The position numbers and the translations under genes were made by a program. A DNA stretch of 64,000 nucleotides. Origin: Acidimicrobiia bacterium (GTDB lineage Bacteria; Actinomycetota; Acidimicrobiia; Spongiisociales; ZC4RG35). Of the stretch, positions 29,220 to 38,915 are shown piece after piece (within the stretch, counting starts at the first letter, position 1; each line of letters opens with the position of its first letter). Below the pieces are notes generated by a model. The model did no database searches and was not told where the DNA came from. It worked only from the letters and a program-made list of their open reading frames with translations. The DNA lies in the NCBI GenBank assembly GCA_035620735.1, contig DASPGH010000095.1:3484-67483 (forward strand). Reading direction: 5' to 3'.

Positions 29220-30758
29220 TCAGGCGGTGACAGTCACCACCCTGGTGTGCCAGCCTGTGGCCCCGTCGGGTGCGGGTGGCACCACCTCGGAGGTTTGCGT
29301 GTTGCCCTCGCCGTCGGTGGCCCGACAGCGGAGCTGGTGGCGCCCGGGATCGGTGACGCTCCAGTCGACCTTCCATTGGACCCAGGCGTTGTCGGACAGC
29401 GGCTCTGACAGCTCGGCTTCGACCCAGTCGGCCTGGTCACCCAACTGGACCTCCACTCTCTGAATTCCCCGCGTCGGTGCCCACGCCACCCCGGCGACCA
29501 CATGGTCACCGACTGCGATGGAGTTGTCAGCGGTGGGGGTGTCGATGCGTGATTGTGTCTTGATCGGCGCCTCCTTGGCCCACCCCCGGGGCACCCAGTA
29601 GGCATCGAAACCGTCCCAGGTCGTCAATTCGATCTCTGACAGCCACTTCGTCGCCGACACATACCCGTAGAGACCTGCCACGACCAGACGTGCCGGGAAT
29701 CCGTGCTCGAAAGGCAGCGCCTCACCGTTCATCCCGACGGCGACCAAAGCCTCACGGCCGTCGTATGCAGCCTCGACCGGGAAACCAACCGTGAATGCGT
29801 CGACGGAGCGGCCCACGATCTGTTCGGCTTTGTCCTGCACTCCAGCCCGGTCGAGGATTTCCGTGAGCGGAACGCCGAGCCACCTCGCATTGCCAACCAG
29901 ACCGCCGCCCACCTGATTGGAGACACACGAGAGAGTGACGTCGCGTTCGATCATCCGCATGTCGAGGAGGTCGACAAAGTCGATGGTGTACGGCTGATCG
30001 ACCAACCCGGTGATGCTGAGAGTCCACTCCAACAGGTTTATGCGAGGGATCGACAGCGCAGTGTCGATGCGATAGAAGTCTTCGTTGGGGACCAGGATCT
30101 GCGCCAGACCGTCGATCTCGAAGTCGGCAGCCTCGGGAACCGCCGGGAGCGGCTCGGCGGCGCTGGGCAGCGCCACCTCGTCCCGACCCGCCACCGCCCT
30201 CTTGGCCCGCTCGATCAGGAGACGACCGAAGGTGCCGGCTAGAGCCGCCACTCCGAGCACGGCACCAGCGCCGATGAGAAACTTGCGCTTCGAAGTGTCG
30301 CTGGAGGCCTCCTCATCAATCGCAGAGATGTTGTAGAGCATGCGCAGGCTGGCCAAACCGGCGACAACCGCCAGCGCGGCCGGTATCAGGGCATCCAAGA
30401 AGGTGACCTGGGGGTCGACGAGTGCGGCGAGGACCGCCACGACTCCGAATCCGGTGAACACAGTGACGGCTATCCAGAACCGGGTGCGAGCCACCAGCCC
30501 CACGACCGCCCCGATGAGCACGGTGACCACGGCAATGCTGATGAGAAGGACAAGTTTGTCGTTGGTCCCGAAGACCGCGATCGCCCATTCCTTCACCGGG
30601 GTGGGCACGTTGTCGATCACCCAGTTGCCCAGCCCCTCGACGAGAGAGGGCGCATCGGCGATCAGCCCGGCGATCAGCTCGGAGATCCCGAGAGCGATGC
30701 CGGCCGAGAGGGCGCCGGCCAGCGAGTCACGAACGCGAGTTGTCATCACGAGAGTCAC
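29220..30758 (-). CDS. molybdopterin-dependent oxidoreductase (sulfite-oxidase family) with N-terminal multi-TM domain
   Basis: The N-terminal ~190 aa are hydrophobic helices. They are followed by an oxidoreductase molybdopterin-binding domain (VTLSCVSNQVGG..GNARWLGVPL) and an Ig-like dimerisation domain. Confidence 0.82.
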   Translation of the reverse strand: MTLVMTTRVRDSLAGALSAGIALGISELIAGLIADAPSLVEGLGNWVIDNVPTPVKEWAIAVFGTNDKLVLLISIAVVTVLIGAVVGLVARTRFWIAVTVFTGFGVVAVLAALVDPQVTFLDALIPAALAVVAGLASLRMLYNISAIDEEASSDTSKRKFLIGAGAVLGVAALAGTFGRLLIERAKRAVAGRDEVALPSAAEPLPAVPEAADFEIDGLAQILVPNEDFYRIDTALSIPRINLLEWTLSITGLVDQPYTIDFVDLLDMRMIERDVTLSCVSNQVGGGLVGNARWLGVPLTEILDRAGVQDKAEQIVGRSVDAFTVGFPVEAAYDGREALVAVGMNGEALPFEHGFPARLVVAGLYGYVSATKWLSEIELTTWDGFDAYWVPRGWAKEAPIKTQSRIDTPTADNSIAVGDHVVAGVAWAPTRGIQRVEVQLGDQADWVEAELSEPLSDNAWVQWKVDWSVTDPGRHQLRCRATDGEGNTQTSEVVPPAPDGATGWHTRVVTVTA

Positions 30759-30813
30759 GGTAGGTGTCGGCCCGCTAAGGAATCGTAAATCCGATGGTCA
30801 TTAGATTCTGACC

Positions 30814-31797
30814 ATGCAGTTTGGAGCATTCGTACCGCAAGGCTGGAGGATCACCCTCTCCGGCATACCTATCGATCAGCACTGGCCGACCATGCTCGGC
30901 GTGGCCAAGGACATCGAGAGCCTCGGCTACGACTCACTCTGGGTCTACGACCACTTCCACACGGTGCCAGAGCCGACACAAGAAGTGACCTACGAGGCGT
31001 GGACGATGATGGCCGCCCTCGCCGCCACCACCGACACGGTCCGGCTCGGTCAGATGTGCACCTGCAACACCTACCGGCCTCCGTCATATCTGGCGAAGGT
31101 GGCCGCATCGATCGATGTCATATCCAACGGACGGCTGGAGATGGGCATCGGCGCGGGCTGGTACGAGCACGAGCACGACGGCTACGGCTACGAGTTCAAG
31201 TCACCGGCCGGACGTCTCGGGATGCTCCGCGAAGGTGTCGAGATCATGAAGGCGATGTGGACCCAGGACGTAGTCGACTACGAGGGCCAGTACTACAAGC
31301 TCGAGGGGGCGATCTGTCAGCCCAAGGGCATGCAGCAACCGCACATCCCATTCTGGATCGCGGGCGGCGGCGAACAGATCACACTCAACATCGCCGCCCG
31401 ATATGCCCGGTACACCAATTTCAGTGCTGGTGACCTGCAGGTGTTCAAGGAGAAGTCCGAGATACTGCGGGGTCATTGCGAGGACGTCGGCACCGACTTC
31501 GACGGAATCACACGCTCGGTCAACTTCGACATCCTCTGCGCTTCGTCCGAAACCGAACTGGCGGATAAGAAGAAGTGGTATCGAAGCCACATGGAGAAGT
31601 ACGTGTCCGAGCGTGGCGCCGAGCGGTTCGCCCGGATGTACGAGCGCAGCTCGGGAACACCAGAGCAGATCATCGAGAGGATGCGGGCCTTGGAGGAGGC
31701 GGGGATGGGTTACGCCATCGTCAACTTCGCAGATGTCGCTTACGACCGCAGCAGTCTCGAGTTGTTCGCTAAAGAAGTGATTCCGGCGTTCTCGTGA
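30814..31797 (+). CDS. LLM-class (luciferase-like) F420-dependent oxidoreductase
   Basis: MQFGAFVPQGW...DSLWVYDHF...GRLEMGIGAGWYEHEH..YGYEF is a typical LLM/F420 pattern. Confidence 0.85.
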   Translation: MQFGAFVPQGWRITLSGIPIDQHWPTMLGVAKDIESLGYDSLWVYDHFHTVPEPTQEVTYEAWTMMAALAATTDTVRLGQMCTCNTYRPPSYLAKVAASIDVISNGRLEMGIGAGWYEHEHDGYGYEFKSPAGRLGMLREGVEIMKAMWTQDVVDYEGQYYKLEGAICQPKGMQQPHIPFWIAGGGEQITLNIAARYARYTNFSAGDLQVFKEKSEILRGHCEDVGTDFDGITRSVNFDILCASSETELADKKKWYRSHMEKYVSERGAERFARMYERSSGTPEQIIERMRALEEAGMGYAIVNFADVAYDRSSLELFAKEVIPAFS

Positions 31798-32399
31798 TGG
31801 AGGTCGTCGTCGGAGAGGACGGGGTGGCCCGGTGCTGGTGGGGTGTCGAGCCCGAGATCTATCGCGACTACCACGACAACGAATGGGGTAGGCCCATCAC
31901 CGAAGATCGTCTCCTTTTCGAAAAGCTCTGCCTCGAGGGATTCCAGGCCGGTCTTTCGTGGCTGACCATCCTCCGCAAGAGGGAGAACTTTCGAAATGCA
32001 TTCGACGGCTTCGAGCCGGAGAGAGTTGCCGCATACGACGACTCCGACGTGAAGAGACTGCTCGCCGACGCCGGCATCGTCCGGCACGAGGGAAAGATCA
32101 GATCGACGGTCAACAATGCCGGCCGTGCACTCGACCTGGCCGACGAGCATGGGTCCCTGCGAAGCTACTTCTGGTCCTGGGCCCCGGATCCCGGACCAGC
32201 GCCGATCGAGATCCCCGCCGTCACCGAGACATCGACGGCATTGTCGAAGGATCTCAAGAAGCGAGGCTGGACCTTTGTCGGGCCCACCACCGTGTACGCA
32301 TTCATGCAGGCGATGGGGTTGGTGAACGACCACCTGGAGGGGTGTCATGTCCGCGATCTGAGTGAAGCCCAGCGCCGATCTATAACCTCCACATCGTGA
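31794..32399 (+). CDS. tag: DNA-3-methyladenine glycosylase I
   Basis: CWW...YRDYHDNEWGRP...LFE.LCLEGFQAGLSWLTILRKRENFR.AF matches the Tag signature. It overlaps both neighbouring genes by 4 nt. Confidence 0.9.
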   Translation: MMEVVVGEDGVARCWWGVEPEIYRDYHDNEWGRPITEDRLLFEKLCLEGFQAGLSWLTILRKRENFRNAFDGFEPERVAAYDDSDVKRLLADAGIVRHEGKIRSTVNNAGRALDLADEHGSLRSYFWSWAPDPGPAPIEIPAVTETSTALSKDLKKRGWTFVGPTTVYAFMQAMGLVNDHLEGCHVRDLSEAQRRSITSTS

Positions 32400-33535
32400 T
32401 CGAGCGTCCCGAATTCACCATCGGAATCGAAGAGGAGTACCTCGTCGTCGATCGGGAGACCCGCGACCTCTTCAAAGAGCCGCCACAGGAGATGTGGGAT
32501 TCGCTCGGGGAGGTCCTCGGCTCGCAAGTGACCACCGAGTTCCTCCAGGCCCAGATCGAAGTCGGCACGAAGGTGTGCGCCAAAGTCTCCGAGGCCAGAG
32601 AGGACCTGGCCACGCTACGGCGCGACCTCTCCAAAGTAGTCAGTGAGTACGGCGCCGCCATCATCGCCTCCTCGACACACCCCTTCGCCAACTGGGCTCA
32701 GCAGCTGACGACCCAGGACCCCCGATACATCAGACTCCAGGCCGACTATCAGCAAGTGGCTCGGCAATTGGTGATTTGTGGGATGCACGTCCACGTCGGG
32801 ATCGACGCCGACCATCTGCGCATCGACCTGATGAACCAGGTCAAGTACTTCCTTCCCCACCTTCTCGCCCTCAGCACCTCCTCGCCATTCTGGGACGGCG
32901 TGCTCACCGGTCTCCACGCTTACCGCCTGGTGATCTTCCAGAACCTCCCCCGCACCGGTATCCCCGAGGAGTTCATGTCGTGGAGCGAGTACCAGCGATA
33001 TGTGGACATCCTGGTCGACGCCGGGCTCATCGAAGACGCCACCAAGCTGTGGTGGGACATCCGCCCATCCAACCGCTATCCCACACTGGAGATGCGGGTG
33101 AGTGATGTTTGCACCCGTCTCGATGACGCCATGACCGTGGCGGCGTTATATCAATGCCTGCTCGGCTTCCTCTACCGCTTGCGTCGTCACAACCAGAGGT
33201 GGCGGACGTACGCGCCCGGCATCATCGAGGAGAACATCTGGCGAGCCCAGCGTTATGGCACGGGTGGAACGCTCGTCGACTTCGGCAAGGGAACGCTCGT
33301 CCCCTTCGCCGACCTATTGGAGGAGATGATCGAGCTGGTTGCCCAGGACGCCGTGGAGTTCGACGTTCGAGACGAGATCCGTCACGCCCGGACCATCGTC
33401 AAGGAAGGCACCAGCGCCGATCGCCAGATCTCGGCTTACGAGACCGCCATCGCCGACGGCGCCGAGGAGCATGAAGCCCATCAGGCTGTCGTCGATGAGT
33501 TGATCGTGGACACGCTCTACGGAATCGAGGTCTAG
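32396..33535 (+). CDS. carboxylate-amine ligase, YbdK/GCS2 family
   Basis: FTIGIEEEYLVVD..TRDL, CGMHVHVGI and STSSPFW are hallmarks of glutamate-cysteine ligase family 2. Confidence 0.9.
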   Translation: MIERPEFTIGIEEEYLVVDRETRDLFKEPPQEMWDSLGEVLGSQVTTEFLQAQIEVGTKVCAKVSEAREDLATLRRDLSKVVSEYGAAIIASSTHPFANWAQQLTTQDPRYIRLQADYQQVARQLVICGMHVHVGIDADHLRIDLMNQVKYFLPHLLALSTSSPFWDGVLTGLHAYRLVIFQNLPRTGIPEEFMSWSEYQRYVDILVDAGLIEDATKLWWDIRPSNRYPTLEMRVSDVCTRLDDAMTVAALYQCLLGFLYRLRRHNQRWRTYAPGIIEENIWRAQRYGTGGTLVDFGKGTLVPFADLLEEMIELVAQDAVEFDVRDEIRHARTIVKEGTSADRQISAYETAIADGAEEHEAHQAVVDELIVDTLYGIEV

Positions 33536-33585
33536 GTCACGACCACAGTTAGCGTCGGGAGCTCGCCTACCAGGAGCCCCCCGTC

Positions 33586-34377
33586 GTGACTGCACGCCCG
33601 ATCCGCATCGCCCTCCAACTTCAGCCCCAGCACGCCGAATACTCAGAGATCAGAGACGCCGTGATTCGAGGAGAGGAAATGGGTGTCGATGTCATCTTCA
33701 ACTGGGACCACTTCTTCCCGCTCTATGGAGAGCCCGACGGGAAGCACTTCGAATGCTGGACGATGTTGGGATCTTGGGCCGAGTTCACCGATCGTGTCGA
33801 GATCGGAGCGTTGGTCACGTGCAACAGCTACCGAAATCCTGAACTGCTCGCCGACATGGCCCGGACCGTCGACCACGCCTCGGAAGGACGGCTCATCCTG
33901 GGAATCGGCGCCGGGTGGTTCGAACGTGACTACGACGAGTACGGATACGAGTTCGGGACTCCAGGATCGAGGCTCGCCGACCTGAAACAGGCCCTGCCCC
34001 GGATCGAGGCGCGCTTCGAGAAGCTCAACCCGCCGCCCACTCGAGAGATCCCGGTGCTGATCGGTGGTGGCGGCGAGAAGAAGACATTGCGCTACACAGC
34101 CGAGTACGCCGACATCTGGCACGGTTTCGGTCAGCCGGACGTGATCCGACACAAGAACGATGTTCTGGACGACCATTGCGCAGACATCGGCCGGGACCCG
34201 TCGGAGATCGAGCGCTCCTGTGGCGCCAGCGTCCGCAGGCTGGAGTTGGGTGATGCGCTCGTCGAAGCGGGAGCATCGATGATCACCCTCGGTTTCGACG
34301 GAGATACCCACTTTGACTTTGGTCCGGTCTCCGATTGGCTCGGCTGGAAGGACGACCGCAACGCCTCAACTGTTTGA
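33586..34377 (+). CDS. LLM-class F420-dependent oxidoreductase
   Basis: NWDHFFP...GRLILGIGAGWFERDYDEYGYEFG is the LLM pattern; 263 aa. Confidence 0.82.
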   Translation: MTARPIRIALQLQPQHAEYSEIRDAVIRGEEMGVDVIFNWDHFFPLYGEPDGKHFECWTMLGSWAEFTDRVEIGALVTCNSYRNPELLADMARTVDHASEGRLILGIGAGWFERDYDEYGYEFGTPGSRLADLKQALPRIEARFEKLNPPPTREIPVLIGGGGEKKTLRYTAEYADIWHGFGQPDVIRHKNDVLDDHCADIGRDPSEIERSCGASVRRLELGDALVEAGASMITLGFDGDTHFDFGPVSDWLGWKDDRNASTV

Positions 34378-34407
34378 CCACCCGGGCTCGGGTTAAAGTG
34401 CCCGACC

Positions 34408-35586
34408 GTGAGTGATGTTCAGACCGCCGGCGCCGCCATGGGCGTGCCACCCGAGCTGGTGCAGCGATCGGCGGCGGCCCGAGCTGCGGTCGATGGCACC
34501 TCGGTGGACGACATCCTCGCCGCGTGGGCGGGCGATGCCCCTCCCCCGGCGCCGTCGGCCCCGTCTCAGAGCGAACTGCCTCCGGATGAGGCCGTAGAAC
34601 AAGCTCCGTCATCTGAGACGGAACCCGAGCCGGCCGCCGCTGCCGTTGCGGTCATCGAGCAGCCCGAAGTAGTCGCTCCGGCAGATGCCGAAATCGAGGT
34701 CGAGGCCGAACCGGAGCTGGAGCCGGTTGCCATGTCGACCCGGGTCAAGACCGCCGTGCGCATCGGAGCGTGGACCGGTGCTGCCCTGGGTGTCGTCGGA
34801 TTCCTGGTCGCCACCGTGTTCTGGGCTCCCAACGCCACCATCGAGACTGATGGGGCCCCCATTGTCCAAGTCGAGCCGACCGCCATACTCATCGGCATCG
34901 CCCTGGTCAGCGTGGTATTTGGCGCCATCGTGGCCGGGATGTCCCGGGCTGTCACTGCCTGGACCGACCCGGCGATGCAGTTGTCGGGCTCCAAGACGAC
35001 GACCGCCTGGCTCGGCGCAGCGATCGGACTCGTACTCGGTCTGGCGGCAGGCGCCACGCTCAACGGCTTCGGGACTCCGGTCGAGGGCTCTGACCCAGCG
35101 ATGGTGCAGCTACCGGTGCTGGCGACACTGTTCGTGATGATCATCGGCGGAGCCCTGCTCGGCGCCCTCACCGCCCTCGTCCCCCAGCTCATCGGGGTAC
35201 CGGTGGCGGTCGACGATTCCGACACCGAAGAGGTCGCCACTGTCAAGAAGCGGCTGGGAAATGCAATGAGCATCCCGGTGGCGGGTCTGCTGCTGCTGCT
35301 CCTGCTCGTGTTGCCGTTTGCCTACGCATTGATCCAGTCGAACCATCTCGCTCCGGGCATCGGCGGCGCCGTCGTCGCCATCGTCGCCGCCGGCGGAATC
35401 CTCGGATTCTCGGCGCTGGCAGGGAACAAACCCGAGATGCGAATCTCGTTCAGCGATGTTGTATGGGCCCTCGTCGGCATCGGGGCGGTCCTCATCATCG
35501 TGATCTCCGTCCTCCTCTACACAGGCAACGAGGAACACACAGAGGAGCCCGCAACCGGCGAGACAGCCGCAGTCCTCGTTCTCTAG
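34408..35586 (+). CDS. hypothetical membrane protein with acidic/Pro-Ala-rich N-terminal region
   Basis: 392 aa. An N-terminal soluble low-complexity segment of ~110 aa is followed by about 6 TM helices. No family recognised. Confidence 0.55.
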   Translation: MSDVQTAGAAMGVPPELVQRSAAARAAVDGTSVDDILAAWAGDAPPPAPSAPSQSELPPDEAVEQAPSSETEPEPAAAAVAVIEQPEVVAPADAEIEVEAEPELEPVAMSTRVKTAVRIGAWTGAALGVVGFLVATVFWAPNATIETDGAPIVQVEPTAILIGIALVSVVFGAIVAGMSRAVTAWTDPAMQLSGSKTTTAWLGAAIGLVLGLAAGATLNGFGTPVEGSDPAMVQLPVLATLFVMIIGGALLGALTALVPQLIGVPVAVDDSDTEEVATVKKRLGNAMSIPVAGLLLLLLLVLPFAYALIQSNHLAPGIGGAVVAIVAAGGILGFSALAGNKPEMRISFSDVVWALVGIGAVLIIVISVLLYTGNEEHTEEPATGETAAVLVL

Positions 35587-35595
35587 GGGACTGCT

Positions 35596-36558
35596 TCAGC
35601 CGAGCGCTCCGGCATTTATCGCCTCCGAGCTGTCCCCCGTGGTCAGCAAGACCTTTATCTTCTCGGCCACCTCGGTGGCGACACCCACCTGCGCTTCGGC
35701 CGTGGAGGCACCAAGGTGAGGAGTAAGCACCAGATTCGGCGCCTCTCGCAGCGGACTGTCCGCCTGTAGCGGCTCGTCGACGAAGACATCGAGGGCGGCG
35801 CCGGCGATCTCCCCGGCACTGAGCGCCTCGGCGAGAGCTTGCTCGTCGACAACGCCGCCACGGGAAGCGTTGACCACGAAGGCGGTCGACTTCATCCGCT
35901 CAAATGCGTCCCGGCCGCATATCCCACGGGTCTCCTCGGTGAGCGGGACGTGGATCGAGATGAAATCGCCGATGTCGAGCACCTCATCGAGGGTGACCAG
36001 CTGTACCCCGAGATCGTCGGCGCGCTCCTCGGTGAGATATGGGTCGTAGACAACCACACCCATCCCGAATGCCTGGCAGCGGAGCGCAACCTCACCTCCG
36101 ATCCGCCCGGCGCCGATCAGCCCGAGGGTCTTTCCCCTCAGCTCGACACCTTTGAAAGCTGCCCGGTCCCACTCCCCCCGGCGCACCGATGCCTCCGCAG
36201 CGGGGATCTTGCGGGCGACCGAGATGAGGAGGGCCATAGTGAGCTCGGCGGCGGCAATCGTGTTGGCACCAGGTGCGTTGAACACCGCGACCCCACGTTC
36301 GGAGGCGGCGACGATGTCGACGTTGTCGACGCCGACGCCGGCACGACCGACAGCGCGCAGCTGCGTGCCCCGCTCCATCAAGTCCCTGGTCACCTTGGTG
36401 GCGCTGCGGACGATCAGAGCATCTGCAACGGCCAAGGCGGCCATGAACTCCTCGGTGGTCGAGTCGTCCACAGAGGCAACGTGAAACGTCTCGTCATCGA
36501 CGATGGGGTGGAGTCCGGAGAGGGCCACCTTGTCGGTGACCAGCACCCTATAGGTCAT
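35596..36558 (-). CDS. D-3-phosphoglycerate dehydrogenase-type 2-hydroxyacid dehydrogenase (short form)
   Basis: Rossmann motif GLIGAGRIGGEVA and catalytic region (NASRGGVVDE, TPHLGAST). It overlaps the upstream class V aminotransferase gene by 4 nt. Confidence 0.82.
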   Translation of the reverse strand: MTYRVLVTDKVALSGLHPIVDDETFHVASVDDSTTEEFMAALAVADALIVRSATKVTRDLMERGTQLRAVGRAGVGVDNVDIVAASERGVAVFNAPGANTIAAAELTMALLISVARKIPAAEASVRRGEWDRAAFKGVELRGKTLGLIGAGRIGGEVALRCQAFGMGVVVYDPYLTEERADDLGVQLVTLDEVLDIGDFISIHVPLTEETRGICGRDAFERMKSTAFVVNASRGGVVDEQALAEALSAGEIAGAALDVFVDEPLQADSPLREAPNLVLTPHLGASTAEAQVGVATEVAEKIKVLLTTGDSSEAINAGALG

Positions 36559-37643
36559 GACATGACGTCGGTGAGTACCTCGAGCAGCTCTTCGAGCTCG
36601 ACCATCGTGTGGTCGCCCATGTGCCCGATCCGGATTGTGGAGTCTTTGAGGGGCCCATAGCCCCCGCCGATGACCCAGCCTCTGTCGAACATCCCGGAGA
36701 CGATCTCACGAGATCTGTCGGTGGCAACGCACGTAACCGTCGGCGACCGGTGACCCTCGGCGGCGAAGACTTCGATCTCTTGACCCTGGCCTTGCATCTC
36801 CTCCACCCACTTGAACGTCCGCGCCTGCATGTCGAGATGGCGTTGCCAACGGGCCGCCATGCCCTCCTCGGCGATGAGCTTCAGTTGGTAATCGAGGGCG
36901 TAGAGAAGCGAGATGGCCGGGGTGGCCGGTGTCTGATGCTCGGTGATCTGTTCGTGAAGCATCTCGAGATCGAAGTACCAACCTTTGTCGGGGATCTTGG
37001 CCGAACGCTCCAGGATCGCCTCGTCGGCCACGCCAAAGGCGAGGCCCGGTGGCAGTGCCAGGGCCTTCTGCGAGCCGGTGAGGATGAAGTCGACACCCCA
37101 GTCATCGGTCCAGGTCTCCACACCGCCGATGCCGGTCACCGAGTCGACCAGGAGCAAAGTATCCGTGTGCTCGTTGACGACACTCGTTATGGCCTGGAGA
37201 TCCTGCAGCGCCCCGGTAGAGGTCTCCGATTGAGAGAGCGTCACCGCGTCATAGTCGGCCTGACGGAGCCTGTGGTCGAGCTCGTCGGCTTCGTGGGCAT
37301 GGCCCCACTCGACCTCCCACACATCGACAGTCTTCCCACTCGCCCGGGCAATATCGGCGAACCGCTTGGAGAATGCCCCGTTGACCAGACTGAGCACCCT
37401 CCCGTCGAGAACACCGTTACGGACGCATGCCTCCATCAGACCCGTAGCCGACGAAGTGGAGACGATGACCGGGCGGGTCGTGGCGAACACAGGCTCGAGA
37501 CCGGTCTGAATCGAGGTGAGGAGATCGACGATGGCCTCGCCCCTGTGTCCGATCATCGGGCCGTTCTGAGCCTCGAGAACGTCTGGGTGGACTTCGGTTG
37601 GGCCGGGTAGGAAGAACCGCCCCGGCTTGAGTGGCTGACTCAT
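36555..37643 (-). CDS. class V pyridoxal-phosphate aminotransferase (serine-glyoxylate / phosphoserine aminotransferase type)
   Basis: 362 aa. FLPGPTEV...HRG.., SETSTG and the PLP-lysine region ILTGSQKAL are consistent with aminotransferase class V. Confidence 0.82.
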   Translation of the reverse strand: MSQPLKPGRFFLPGPTEVHPDVLEAQNGPMIGHRGEAIVDLLTSIQTGLEPVFATTRPVIVSTSSATGLMEACVRNGVLDGRVLSLVNGAFSKRFADIARASGKTVDVWEVEWGHAHEADELDHRLRQADYDAVTLSQSETSTGALQDLQAITSVVNEHTDTLLLVDSVTGIGGVETWTDDWGVDFILTGSQKALALPPGLAFGVADEAILERSAKIPDKGWYFDLEMLHEQITEHQTPATPAISLLYALDYQLKLIAEEGMAARWQRHLDMQARTFKWVEEMQGQGQEIEVFAAEGHRSPTVTCVATDRSREIVSGMFDRGWVIGGGYGPLKDSTIRIGHMGDHTMVELEELLEVLTDVMS

Positions 37644-37795
37644 CGAGTTGTTTCTACCAGGGTGCTTCCAGATGGCGAAGACCGGAAGTCCGCCCCCGGG
37701 GCGTTGCGCGAGGTCTGCTTGGCCTGGTTCCTTGGAGCACGGTGGGGACGTTCCTTGGGGCGAAGGTGGGGGTTCGGCGTGGCGGCGAGGTGCTC

Positions 37796-37859
37796 GTTCT
37801 CAAGGCGCTGGACCTCGCTCAGCCCAGGACTGTTCTCAGGGCGCTGGACCTCGCTCAGC
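37796..37859. repeat. two tandem copies of a 28-nt motif (period 36 nt) in the ctaF / aminotransferase intergenic region
   Basis: gttctcaAggcgctggacctcgctcagc at 37796..37823 and gttctcaGggcgctggacctcgctcagc at 37832..37859 differ by 1 mismatch. Confidence 0.7.
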
Positions 37860-37898
37860 GAAGTCTGCAACCCTGGGTCTCAGTGAAGCGTGGTTGGG

Positions 37899-38228
37899 TC
37901 AACCCCTGATCGCCACCACACCGAGGGCGGCGAGGACGACTAGGTAGAGGGAGCAGGCGAGAACGAAGCCAGCCGTGAAGAATCGGCTGATCATCGGTTT
38001 CTCGTAACGAACGTGCATGAACCAGCCCACCACGACCAGAAACTTCACCGCAGACAGGCCAAGCAGCATGATGGCGTTGAAGATGCCGAGACCGAGGGCG
38101 TGGTCGATGTAGAAGAGGGAGACCTCGATGGCGGTGAGCACGGCGAGAAGCCCGGCGATCTTCCAGTACTGGGCCGGAGTGGGGTGGTGATCGTGCTGAC
38201 CGGGTTGATCGTGCTGCTCGGATGTCAT
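37899..38228 (-). CDS. ctaF: cytochrome c oxidase subunit IV (prokaryotic COX4/CtaF-QoxD type)
   Basis: 109 aa with 3 TM helices. YWKIAGLLAVLTAIEVSLFY and AVKFLVVVGWFMHVRYE are typical. It is the last gene of the cta operon. Confidence 0.72.
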   Translation of the reverse strand: MTSEQHDQPGQHDHHPTPAQYWKIAGLLAVLTAIEVSLFYIDHALGLGIFNAIMLLGLSAVKFLVVVGWFMHVRYEKPMISRFFTAGFVLACSLYLVVLAALGVVAIRG

Positions 38229-38294
38229 GAGACGTGCGGGTAGATACGGGGATGGCTACTCATGAGATTACGGGTAGGTAAGGCGGACAGTTCA

Positions 38295-38915
38295 TCAGAC
38301 AGGCACCGAGAGCAGATAGACCACGGTGAAGATGACGATCCAGATTATGTCGACGAAGTGCCAGTAGAGACCGACCAACTCGAGATTGAGACCGTGCTTC
38401 TCGCTCAGGCCGCCGCGACGCCGGGAGATACCCCAGAGGGAGAGGAGCATGATGACCCCGATGGCGACGTGGGTTCCGTGAAAACCGGTGAGGACGTAGA
38501 AAGCGGAGGCTGCGGGGTTGGTCGACAGCGTCATGTCGTACTCGACGATGAACTCGGTGAACTCGAACACCTGCCCACCGAGGAAGACCGCACCCAGAGC
38601 GGCGGTGGCGAAGAGCCAGGTGCGAGCCCCGTTCTGATCGTTGCGGGTCAGCGCGTTGTGGGCGAGCACCATTGTCAGCGACGACATGAGCAGCACAAAG
38701 GAGCTGACCGAGGTGAACGGGATGTCGTAGATCTCCGCCGGGTAGACGCCCTCGAAACCGGTGCGGTTGGAATAGAGCAGATAGTTGCTGATCAGGGCGC
38801 CGAAGAAGAGAAACTCCGAGCTGAGGAAGACCCACATTCCCAGCTTGCGGTTTTCGATGCCGGTCGACTCGTGCTCGGGGTGGCCCACCGCTGCGTCGTG
38901 AGCGAGATCACTCAT
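38295..38915 (-). CDS. ctaE: cytochrome c oxidase subunit III
   Basis: Heme-copper oxidase subunit III pattern (LGMWVFLSSEFLFFGALI, FYVLTGFHGTHVAIGVI, GLYWHFVDIIWI). The start was refined to ATG 38915, with GGAGG 7 nt upstream. Confidence 0.9.
   Translation of the reverse strand: MSDLAHDAAVGHPEHESTGIENRKLGMWVFLSSEFLFFGALISNYLLYSNRTGFEGVYPAEIYDIPFTSVSSFVLLMSSLTMVLAHNALTRNDQNGARTWLFATAALGAVFLGGQVFEFTEFIVEYDMTLSTNPAASAFYVLTGFHGTHVAIGVIMLLSLWGISRRRGGLSEKHGLNLELVGLYWHFVDIIWIVIFTVVYLLSVPV

Noticed and set aside
28048-29376. 442-aa minus-strand ORF
   Set aside because: It runs antisense across the sulfurtransferase, hypothetical and Moco-oxidoreductase genes and has an Arg/Pro/Gly-rich composition. 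It is not credible as coding.
37796-37859. Possible CRISPR array
   Set aside because: There are only two repeat copies, 28 nt each, separated by an 8-nt gap rather than spacer-sized unique DNA. No cas genes are present in the window.
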